Assembly: GCA_030141605.1 (NCBI GenBank) | Contig: JAQGDQ010000010.1 | Span: 1,364,001-1,428,000 of the forward strand | Origin: Tubiluchus corallicola | Lineage: Eukaryota > Animalia > Priapulida | DNA length: 64,000 nucleotides | Direction of reading: 5' to 3' | Shown here: piece after piece, positions 40,501-50,565 of the stretch | Layout of the letters: each line of letters starts with the position of its first letter | Numbering within the stretch: the stretch's first letter is position 1 | Program-made: the position numbers and the translations under genes | Notes under the pieces: model-generated | What the model was told of the DNA's origin: nothing | Seen by the model: the letters and a program-made list of their open reading frames with translations, nothing else | Database searches by the model: none

Positions 40501-41940
40501 TGCATTATAAAATTATTTTTGTATATGTTTTGTACTGCTGTACTGGTTGTGAAAAACAAATTACAAATACAAATACGATTACATAACAGATGAGTCTTTA
40601 TTTATTAGCTTTCAGAATACATATCAGTCAAGAGTTTGCAGATGAATTAAGAGATTGTAAGGGATTTACAGTAATTCCACGAGGACTAATACACGTAAAG
40701 GTAGGTTAAAATTTAACTTTTGCTTTGATTTTGTTTTGATTTTTTAACAAAAAAAAATAAACAAGAACATCAATAATTCCAAAGAAACGTCTTCTAAAGA
40801 ACGTTCGACACTTCTTCAAGGCATCATTCAATCGATTGTAAAAATTGAAGTATTAACATTTATTAGAGTATTCCGACCGTCTTATCTACAGCTAACAACG
40901 TAAATTGTTGTAGTCCTAAAGATAGATTTGGTTGAAGTTGTTGAACATCTTTATGTATGTTAGCTATCCAAGTTGTTTTTTGTTTGCCGAGTCGTTTTCT
41001 ACAACACAATAAGCCTTTTCACAGTTCCAGCAATTCATGATGATCGTGAAAAAGTCAAGGGTTAAGTGTACCAGATAACGCATTTGTGCACACTTGGCAA
41101 TGCCTAGCAGTCCATGCTGTTCTAATAGTAACAGTCTTAACAGCTAGCTAGAATCTTACCTAGTTCATTTTTTCTTGTTCCCAAGCAAAATCCTCGTAAA
41201 TCACTCTACCAACAGACTAATGCATAATTAAATAAAGTCCACGTAAAACAACTGAACTTATGGAACTGATGCGATATACGGCGTTGCTTTACCCACATGT
41301 CACGTGGCGGTTGCAGTTAAGACGAGTTGCTGTGGTACAATTAACCTTTGATCTACAGCAACTGCGCGTGCACACAACGAAACTGTGAAAAAGCTTATTG
41401 ACCTTATATTTTCTCTTTGAATTGAATATGCTATTATGCTGAATGTGAATGTGATAATAGTAAATTTCAAAAACTTCAAACGCCAGGAGTGCTGACAAAA
41501 TTTCATCCTGATCACTAGCAAGCCGCATACACATCTTCTATCCTACGTAGTTATCATCATCGTGGTTATCGTCATCGTACACCATCATTTTTATAATGGT
41601 ACCACTGATTGAGGTTACTGTCATTACCATTGCCACCATCATTATCATTATCGTCGTCATCGTCTTCAACACATCATCAGCATCATTATCATTCTCTGCC
41701 GTTTTTGTTGTCACTGTTGTTGTTCTCACAATATCATTGTAGTTATTTCTGCAATCATTGTCGCAATTCTTATTGTCAATGTCATTGTTATGATCATTAT
41801 GATAGTCACTGTAATTATTCATACGTCATCTAACACTTATTCATTTCTTATTTCAGGGTAAGGGTAACATGAGGACTTATTGGTTAGTATCAGGACCAAG
41901 TCAGCATTCCCCAGATTCCTTTAGACCATCTTCTGCTTGA
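33336..41940 (+). CDS. NIT-domain transmembrane guanylate cyclase (NIT-GC), 653 aa; join(33336..34575,36203..36422,37039..37265,39181..39279,40609..40700,41857..41940)
   Basis: All five introns are GT-AG with matching phases (1,2,1,1,0); total 1962 nt. Architecture: TM1, NIT-like helical domain, TM2, signalling helix ([15 protein letters not shown]), class III cyclase ([75 protein letters not shown]). No kinase-homology domain. Confidence 0.9.
34785..35569. mobile_element. Second foldback-type element (15-bp subrepeat TIRs) in a NIT-GC intron
   Basis: (aaaaatggcacagg)n-like array at ~34790-34890 and inverted (cctgtgccattttta)n-like array at ~35495-35569. Confidence 0.6.
36203..36422 (+). CDS. 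NIT-GC exon: signalling helix and start of cyclase domain
   Basis: ttttgcag|CAAAA...TACAG|gtgagt. Encodes [25 protein letters not shown]. Confidence 0.93.
37039..37265 (+). CDS. NIT-GC exon: cyclase domain
   Basis: atttgcag|T...CACAG|gtcggt. Encodes [24 protein letters not shown]. Confidence 0.95.
37330..37835 (+). mobile_element. 3' end of a LINE with a CCHC zinc knuckle (RTE-X/Tx1-like)
   Basis: [23 protein letters not shown] matches the Cx2C..ExxxHFxxxCxxxxxLR ORF2 C-terminal motif. T-rich 3'UTR ends in AATAAA at ~37826. Confidence 0.7.
39181..39279 (+). CDS. NIT-GC exon: cyclase catalytic motif
   Basis: tttttag|GT...ACGG|gtaggt. Encodes [32 protein letters not shown]. Confidence 0.95.
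40270..40576 (+). mobile_element. 3' remnant of a CR1/L2/Jockey-like LINE with (ACAAAT)n tail
   Basis: [15 protein letters not shown] resembles the SFFPRT..WNxLP C-terminal motif. Tail acaaattacaaatacaaatac. Confidence 0.45.
40609..40700 (+). CDS. NIT-GC exon (absent from the ORF track)
   Basis: tttattag|CT TTC AGA ATA CAT ATC AGT...GTA AAG|gtaggt. Encodes [31 protein letters not shown]. Confidence 0.93.
41007..41075. mobile_element. Solo terminal fragment of the MITE family seen at 47591-47985
   Basis: caataagccttttcacagttccagcaattcatgatgatcgtgaaaaagtcaagggttaagtg matches the reverse complement of 47925-47985. Confidence 0.65.
41545..41830. repeat. Degenerate (CAT/TGT)n trinucleotide tract
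   Basis: Directly visible. Confidence 0.85.
41857..41940 (+). CDS. NIT-GC terminal coding exon
   Basis: tttcag|GGT AAG GGT AAC ATG AGG ACT TAT TGG TTA. Encodes [27 protein letters not shown]. Candidate AATAAA at 42284. Confidence 0.93.
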   Translation, partial: GKGNMRTYWLVSGPSQHSPDSFRPSSA

Positions 41941-43767
41941 GTTAACCTGCTAAATATAATTTGAACATAATTGTTTAAAATGACTAATGACCATTATATT
42001 TGCCAGTAAGCTTGGCGGACGATGTCAGCTGCTTATGTCACGTCTAAAAAACTAGAACAGGTAGGAGTAGATGGTGCTCAACAATATCGGGCTTGTGTAT
42101 CGGAATTCGATTACTCTGGTCAGATCTTGACCTGAAAGTAACGGTTCGTGGAATAGTTATCATCGTTGACTGTAGCATAGCGTTAAAATGGAATGAATTA
42201 TAGGATGGGACTGATGGGTTTGACGGAAAGTTTTATCATAAATGAGACTGTCACGAATTAGCATCACACAAACCACCTTGACTAATAAACATAGTTCTTC
42301 CGGGGCTCCATTTAGCATAGTAGTGTAAAATCTTCTTAAATTTCATTAAGTTTATTATAATTTCTTTTATGAACAGTAGCTGGGGTAATGAAACTAACTG
42401 GGTTGGTAACTTAATATTGTCTGAGATGGGGGAACGATGGCAGTGTGGTGATCAATTTTGGTTTTAAATTATGTGGTGCAAATATAACGCCCTGTTAAAA
42501 TACATAAAAATTGTGATTTCAATTGTCCTTGAACATTAAATAAATTGCAACAATTAGAAGTTATTTACGATCTTAGGCTTAGCTTATAATTTTACAACTA
42601 TCCAGTGTACAATATTGCATACGCGGAGCACTAAATATGCCAGTTCATGAGATTAACTGTAAACGGTGGATTGAATTGGGGACTAATTACAAGTAAACTT
42701 GTAATTTTTGGTCAATTTTATTTGTACTTTGCGGGATTGCATCAGTTTTATAAGTTTGATTATTATATTTGTTGTTTTTTTCCGTTTTTTAGGATTATGT
42801 TGACAGTTTTTATCACAGCTACATTATTAAAAACCTTTTTTGTCTGTAACTTACCTTTTTATGTTTTTTTTAAATTCAGTTATGACAGTAAACTGCAGTT
42901 AGTGTGATTCTTAACATTATTAACTAATAAAAACGCACACTATTATTGTTTTCTGCAAAAAACAACTGAATTGTACAGGAGTAAAAAATTACAAAACATG
43001 TAAAATAAAAGTTACACATAGCCCAAATGAGCCAGACTCCAAATTATTAAGTTTTGGTAACACTTGTAGGGTCAAATTTACCAGTGTTTTTCTGAAAACC
43101 TTATACCTGTAGATGATGAAACCACTTGAGGACCACCACTACACACAGCTTACTAGGTAACAGTTTGCACTTTTTAAAGGTTTGTGTTTTGCGCCACATG
43201 TGACTATCCAAATTAAAGGGCAGAGCAAATGTAAATGCCATGTTCTCCGTAACCAATGAATCTTTTCCAGTATGACCCCTCAAAACGGAAACACTTACGT
43301 AGTGCAATCCGAATCAGCCAACTACAGCCGCGGGCCCGCAGTCAGCGCAAAGGATTGTTTATAGGCTCTTACTACCACAGTACTGGTTTTGCACCCGTAA
43401 TTTCCGCCACTACTTGGGGTAGTTTTCAAACGCAAAAATCTTCATTTCATTTGGTGATCTTTTAATCAGTAATTATAGTATTTAGTTAACGTGTTTCAAA
43501 ATTGCACAAATAAACACTACTACTGTGAACATTAGGTTACCAAGAATATAGTAAGAAGTGAGAAGATATTTTCGCGAAAAATCGCCGAGAACAATGAATG
43601 AGCCTTGTACCCCCACTGCAGAAACAATGCAGCAGCTGCACACGCTACATCGGGAAGGTCACGTGGGCAGGCTTTCGTAGTGGAAAGAAAAGATCTGTTT
43701 GTGTCGTTTCGGCCATTACGAAACTGATGTCAGTTTTTTGTGTCGCCTTTAATTTGGTCAACTCAAG

Positions 43768-43888
43768 ATGCCGAACAAAGAATTACTTCTACTGTTATTG
43801 TGGATAATTGCAATAGTTTCTGCTCAGCTTAAATCAGATGGTGATGATGGTAATCAACAGCAAAGCACTACAGATGATACTGATAAAT
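43768..43888 (+). CDS. EGF-WAP-TM gene exon 1 (signal peptide)
   Basis: Encodes MPNKELLLLLLWIIAIVSAQLKSDGDDGNQQQSTTDDTDK. Phase-compatible donor. Inr-like TCAGTT ~40 nt upstream. Confidence 0.8.
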
Positions 43889-46681
43889 GTGCGTAATCGT
43901 AACGTACGGTAGATTTATGTTTATTTTAATAATTTTGCATGTAAGTTGATTTAATATTTAAGGAGTGGACCAAATTTGTCAGCAAGTATATAAATTAGTA
44001 CCTTATCAGGCTTAAGAATGTTAAGGTACCAAAGTATGTATTTCTCCGTACCTAACACAAGAAACGTTTATATAAGGTTAAATTATCGAGATCACATGCG
44101 CGATGCTGGCCCTTTACTTTACCTTGCCACTGTTGCCCATCTGCTTCTGAGGCATTGTGTAATTTGGAAAACTCCTGTTACATATTGTAAGAATTATATG
44201 GCTTATTATAATGAGGCTTATATTATAAAGCTCTAATGACTCAATGTCAACGTCAAGGTCAAATACGAAACTGCACGCGACCAATTGCGCCTAATCTTGG
44301 ATCTTACATCCCTCTTCCCGGGAGTAAATTTATAATGCAAAAGAATCTTTATCTAGTAGTAGAGGTACTCTACTAGCCTTCAAGATCAATTCAGTAAGGT
44401 GCTGGCATAGATTTCTTACATGTTCGCCCGACGGTCAATCATCTAGTTATTAGCCAGGCCTGGAACTGCTTAAACTTCACAGAATAACTGCAGCGATGCA
44501 CATGCTGTCACCTCTCAGCTATATTTCTTGTCACTTTCTTCCGTCTCGTTTTTCCAAAAAGTGGTTGAGAATGTAAAACAAAAGAAGTCTTGCTGCAATC
44601 CAGTGCCATCAAATCACAAAAAAGTTCTGTGCAGATTTGCATAATTTATTTCATTTCATAAATTCATACATTTATTGCGTAATATTTTCGTTTTCCTAAT
44701 CGCATTTCATGTAAACCTGCCTATTTTTATGTTCTTTATGCAAAACATGTATAGTATACGTACAATGCAGAAAATAGAAATATGGTGCATACTTTAAGTT
44801 TAAAGACACTGAGAAAAAACTTCAATTATTAACATGCAATAGTTAATTACCGCCCATGAATCAGACTTTAATTTCTGGCACTATTGTATATATATATTCG
44901 TTTTTCACCGGGAGCTTTCGTCAGCTGAAATCTACTTGTATGGCCTAGATCTTGAAAATACCTGTTGTTTCAAGATCTAGGCCATACAAGTAGATTTCAG
45001 CTGACGAAGTACGTGAAGCCCGAAAGTTCCCGGTGAAAAATGAAATTTTTGAGACTTAATGGGCACTTTGTCTTCTTTACGATTATGAACATGGCAAATC
45101 TCAGAAGAGCACTATCTTACACATCTGTAGTCTAGTTATGCAAGAGCTAAAGTTTTATGGTTATTAATTCATTGCAAACCAAACTATCAACACCACATCA
45201 GCACACATCATTGCAAATCAACAAAAAAATTCTTTTTACCATTTGATGTCACTGATTTTATTCTTCATCCTATACGGAAGTTTACTCCGACGATATGATT
45301 TGCTAAATTATACTTAAAAGTAAACATCTGTGAAAAACATCTTTTGAGGAAAACTTATTTCCAAACAAAATTGTGGAAAAGGTTAAAAGTTTTTTTTTGG
45401 GAACATTTTGTTTTTGCTGCTGCAGAAAAACACCAAAATCTGTAGATTTGATAGGGTGTATTTGAAATCAAAGGTCAATGTAAGAAAAAATTCAAGGGGG
45501 GTTATTATTTAAATAATCATTAAATTATGTGTTACTTTATTTTAGCCAACTGTCTGACTTATCCATGTCTTAATGGAGGCACATGTGAAGAAGATTATTA
45601 TGATTATGATTATGGTCCGTCATGCACTTGTCCACCCGCTTTCACTGGTGATCGTTGCGAAAAGTCTTTAGAAACTACAGGAACTGAAGAGACTCAAACG
45701 CAAGACATTTCTACAGAAAATATCTGTACACCGGAGTGCCAAAATGGTGGATCATGCCTTCAAGCCAAGGGTGGCCTCTACTGCGCTTGTGGACCTGAAT
45801 TTACTGGACAAATATGTGAAACTCGTAAAACGCCATGTTCAAGCAACCCTTGCTTTAATGGAGGTACCTGTGTAAGTGGAAAGTCCGGCTACACATGTGA
45901 CTGCCCGCCAAAATACTCAGGAGAACGCTGTGAAAATGGATCACCGTGCTCGAATAATCCATGCATTAACGGTGGTACCTGTGTCGAACGGTCTCCCACA
46001 AGCTACCTTTGTAAGTGTGAAAATGGTTTTATGGGCACGAACTGCAGTATTGGAGACAAATGTGCTTCTAATCCATGCTTCAATGGAGGAACTTGTACGT
46101 CCACCATGACTTCATACTCCTGTCAGTGTCGTGAGAGGTACGTCGGCAGGAGGTGTGGTTCTCTCGACACTTGCAAACCAAATCCGTGCCAAAATGCTGG
46201 AACATGCTTGAATGCAGATGGTTACAGTGCTTTCATGTGTGCCTGTCCTGCAGGATACACAGGAACAACCTGCGAAATTCCGTGGGATAAAAAGGGAAAG
46301 GGAGAATCTGGGCAGCAGACACAATGGACACCGACATACGTTGATTCTACTGTAACAGACACAATAACACCGGAAAAAGAAGGCACTTGTAACTTTGAAC
46401 TTTTCTCATTCTTCAACCAGAAGGAACTCTCTTTGTCTTGCACGTCGGACTTTGAGTGTTCTGGAGAAGAGAAATGTTGCCCTTACTTTAATTCCGGAAA
46501 TTTCTGCACCATTACTTTAGAAAATTTCTTTGAAGAATATATGTATTACATAATTGGCGTTGCAGTCGCTCTTGCAGTTCTACTTGCGGTTCTCTGTGGT
46601 TGTTGTTATGCTTGCTGTTGTAGAAGCTCATATGCTACTGTTGCACCTATGGCTGTGTGTCCCAAAGGATATGTATTCTAA
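43768..46681 (+). CDS. Type I membrane protein with 6 EGF repeats and a WAP-like module (Notch-ligand/DLK-like), 418 aa; join(43768..43888,45546..46681)
   Basis: Exon 1 encodes signal peptide MPNKELLLLLLWIIAIVSA, with donor T|gtgcgt (phase 1) matching acceptor tttag|CC. Exon 2 encodes six EGF repeats, KEGTC..C..D..C....KCC..C, TM YIIGVAVALAVLLAVL and a Cys-rich tail ending GYVF. AATAAA at 46856. Confidence 0.88.
44897..45044. repeat. Long inverted repeat (41-bp perfect arms plus outer arms), probably a Penelope-like element remnant
   Basis: 44917-44957 is the exact reverse complement of 44968-45008. Outer arms 44897-44920 / 45021-45044 have 2 mismatches. Contains CTGACGA...GAAA. The repeat is certain; the Penelope origin is inference. 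Confidence 0.85.
45546..46681 (+). CDS. EGF-WAP-TM gene exon 2
   Basis: Intact 384-codon frame with regular C-x-x-N-P-C-x-N-G-G-T-C EGF repeats. Confidence 0.95.
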
Positions 46682-47590
46682 ACAGAAGTCTGCCAGGCCA
46701 AATCTGTTGCAGTAATTGCTGCAAATAACTGGAGGATTTCAAGATATAACTGAATTACTATTTTAGGCTTAGACTAATGAATTACTTATTCTGAATTTTT
46801 GCAATTAGGCTATTCAATAATTTGAATGTTGAACGTTATAATTTTGCGGTATTATAATAAAATTGTGACACATTTTTATGAGAGGTAAATTGTGATTGTG
46901 CCACCTGTTAAGACCGTTTAGTAAATGAAAATGGGCAAACTGAAAAAGGCAAATCACTAATGAAATTGTGATGCGTTTCTTTATTTAGATTTAAATGTAA
47001 ATGTAATTGTGCCACTTGCTGAGATGCTTTATTGTAAGTACAAGACACTACCTAAAATGCAAGTGTACAAAACACTAACTTTAAATTAGGTAATGAACCT
47101 GGCTCATGTGAGAAATAACGCTCTAAAATTAACTACTAAATAGGTAGCACTAAAAATCATAGCACCAACAATTAAGTTAAGAACTTTTGACGCATAAGAA
47201 AAACAGTGGATGAAACGAAGCCTTATTTTACGTTTTGGTTTGGTTGTGAATATATTCTTCCTCTACAACAGCTAGGATATGTGTATCAAACGAAACTACC
47301 CAGAGCAAGAATTGAATTCAGGTGGTTAAACGAGTCGTTCATTGACCAGTCTCGATATTGCTTACCTTTGTTGCTTAGGAGGTTCACATGACTACTTGGC
47401 TATAAACCTTACCAAGATTAGTTTAATAATAAACCAATCCTGCGCCAATCCAGCAGTGCATATAAAAATCATTTAAAGATCACTACTCATGGCTATTGTA
47501 AATGTAATATGTCGCTGTTATTAATTAGAACTGATTTGGTAAATTGAGCTTGAGCATTTCATTCCTGCAGAACTAATATACCCTGGGAAC

Positions 47591-47985
47591 CAATAAGCCT
47601 TTTCACATTTTTTCTACGCGCATGCGCAGTTACTGTAGGTCAATTTTTAAGTGAACCCAGCACCTCTTACTTAGCCACAACCGTCACGTGACCTCATGCA
47701 CGTAACACATTTAGGTGAAACACGTGGTTATTTTTGTTATTATAGTACACGTGTGTAGTTCTAAACGTTATTCTTATCCGAAAGCAGCTAGCAAAATAGC
47801 AGCTGCTATCCACGTAAAATGAAGCGAAAATTAACGCCAAGAACCATTACTATTACAATACCATGGGCTGCAAGGTGTTCCTAAGTGAAAACAAATGCGT
47901 TGTTTGGTTCAGGTAAGCTAGTTGGGTTCACTTAACCTTTGACCTTTTCCCGACCGTCATCAATCGCTGGAACTGTGAAAAATTG
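47591..47985. mobile_element. MITE (~395 bp) between the convergent 3' ends of the EGF gene and NOL4
   Basis: Termini caataagccttttcaca / tgtgaaaaattg. Inner inverted repeat ttaagtgaaccca (47647) / tgggttcacttaa (ends 47935). Second partial copy at 41007. Confidence 0.7.
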
Positions 47986-50407
47986 AAGCATTCACCATTG
48001 CAAGTCAGGTGGCTTACATTAAGTGTAAAAAATAATTGTACATAGATTTGCTTTTGTGTATATTCAGAACATGATAAAGCTCAACATCTAGGCAAAATTT
48101 GGTACATATGTACAATTATTTATTCCAGCAAGCATTTTTGGGGAGGCAAGCAATGTACAATAAATAAACAAATTAGCTACTTTAGCAATATAATATGGGT
48201 ACGTAAATCACAAGTACCAAACATCACAGATACTGAGTGGTCAAGAAAAATAACCTAAACATAAAAAATGTGTAACAAGTCTATAATTTATGAATTTACC
48301 AGATAATAAAAACAAATGTCTTTGGCTAAGGTCTGGCAAAGTTCTGAAAATATGTATTTCAGAAAGGTGGATACCAGCTATAGTTGTCCACACTGTTATT
48401 TCAAGTATCCTAGAAACGACATTTACTCGTACCAAATGTTGTAAACAATCTTGACTTAGAACAAGCAAACATAGTCTGGCTATAAGTGCACACAGTTCCA
48501 GAAGTGTAGTGCAAGTCACCAAGGTACGATCATTGCACCATTACTATGAAACTGTTAGCTCACTTGCAGTACCAGCTCCACTAAATAAATTGAAAAATAA
48601 CAGCAAAAGACTATGTAAACATATTCATTGATCTTTTACACAACAACAAATCTGTCATTGCTTCACAAATAAATGACTTTTCCATATCCCATGTACAAAT
48701 ATAAAATCTGATAAATTATAATATATCCAATAAAACAATTAAATATCATAATATATGAACTTCTATGAAAAACAAATGTAAAATAATAGCTATACATAGA
48801 CTTAGTCTGTAATTTAGCCTGCAGAATGTTTAATTGGGAAAGTTAATGTCATGTCAGTTTATACATGGATCTATGAAGCAAGTCTTGAAATTTGCATCCT
48901 ATGCACACAGTCATAAGTCCTATACAACATAGGTAAGTGTGGGTAATTTGACTAGAACTTATCAAAAGGGGAAACACCATATTCTAAACTAAGTTACAGA
49001 AATGTAAAAAGAAAAAAGAAAACACTACTAAACATCCACATGTACTTCTCAATTTACTAAACACGTATGCCTATGGAATGTATTGAAGATTACGGGCCAT
49101 AAATGCTGAAAAACTGTGAGTACAGCTCCTACTTTAATGCCTTATAGGACATCTTTAGCTAATGCAGCGATTATACATATTATTGAACTATCTTTAATCA
49201 TGGTTTTTAATGCGAAATTTTGGTACTACTTCAGAATCTTTGGGCTTCAAAGTGTAGCTTTTTTAAATATCTACTTTAATGGTAATTATATATTCACAGC
49301 TTCGACATTGGAACATTATCAATTATCTTCTCCAGATTTGTGTATATAGAATGTTGTACCAATACATATAAATTCTCAAACTTTAACACATTGCCTAATG
49401 CAGAGACACAAAAATATTTTACAATGGTCACAAAGGCTGCTTATAATAATGACACAAAAAGTACATTCAGTTATGCACCAGTAATAATAATGCTAAAATT
49501 CTGTTTAGCCCGAATAGTGATCAGTCATTAAAATTACGATAATACAAACACAGTAAAAGTACAGAATAGCACTGCACATGTATACAAAAAAAAAACAGAA
49601 AATGTTCAACTGTCACTACAAACTGATTCAATTATTTTCAGAGGTACACCAGTGAGGTTATCTTAAACTTTAAATGAGATCTAAATGCTAGTTATCTGAG
49701 GTGTGTAGTTGCATTGAGGAAGCAAGACCCTGTAATTGACAGAACCTGAGAAAGAAGAATTTTCTTAACTTATGAAGCATAGAGCTTTGAAATCCTGTTA
49801 TGAACTCGAGGTGCTTTGTTACATATAAGCAGAATTGACCCACAGGTATTTAGATTTGACTTATTAACACAAAAAATTTCTTCATAGTAATGGAAATATA
49901 ATTTCACTTGCTATTAGGAATACAAGTCACAAATACCTTTTAAGACATTTAAACACATGACATGTTACAGAAATGAAAGAAGCAGTAGTATGGCGTCTTA
50001 AAAAGAAAATTAAGATTAATTTGCTTAACGTTTGCTGTCTAGCTAAAACAGATAAATTGATTTTAAAAAACTGCTAATTCCTTATTAAGAATAAATTTTA
50101 CACAATTTTGAGCCATGTAGTTGCCCTCAGTCTAGCCGTGAATGCACTTCAGTTATAGGTAAGGTACATTTAAACTAGTTTTTTATACTAGTTTAGTTTA
50201 GTATGGTCTCAAACTTAATTTTGAGACCATACAGATAAAAATTCCTTCTAGATACTATAATTAACATTCAGATAGCAAGCATTTATAATTACAGCTTTAC
50301 CAACCTTCAACATGCAATACAATAACTCCATAAATCAGTCACACGATGCCGCCACATGCTTTAACCGGGAGTTCATTTACTGTCATACTGCATGGCTTCG
50401 CTAATAA

Positions 50408-50565
50408 TCAATTATGCTGTAGCAGTAGTTGCTCCAACTCATCAGCTGATCTGTACAGAAAAGCTGCTGATTCTCTGTATCCCACCACTAACTGTTTGAC
50501 TGCTTGAATTTCGCTTGGAGTTAATTGAGATTTGGTGCCTTTTTTAATGCTAAGGTCTGTAGGCC
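50408..50565 (-). CDS. NOL4: NOL4 terminal coding exon
   Basis: Encodes [52 protein letters not shown]. Acceptor tttacag. Confidence 0.95.

Noticed and set aside
45527-45545. ATG 45527 as the start of the EGF protein
   Set aside because: It lies in the polypyrimidine tract/acceptor and gives no signal peptide; the exon at 43768-43888 supplies one in the right phase.
47610-47700. Housekeeping promoter (NRF1 plus E-box)
   Set aside because: The motifs lie inside a MITE between two 3' ends, and no downstream exon was found.
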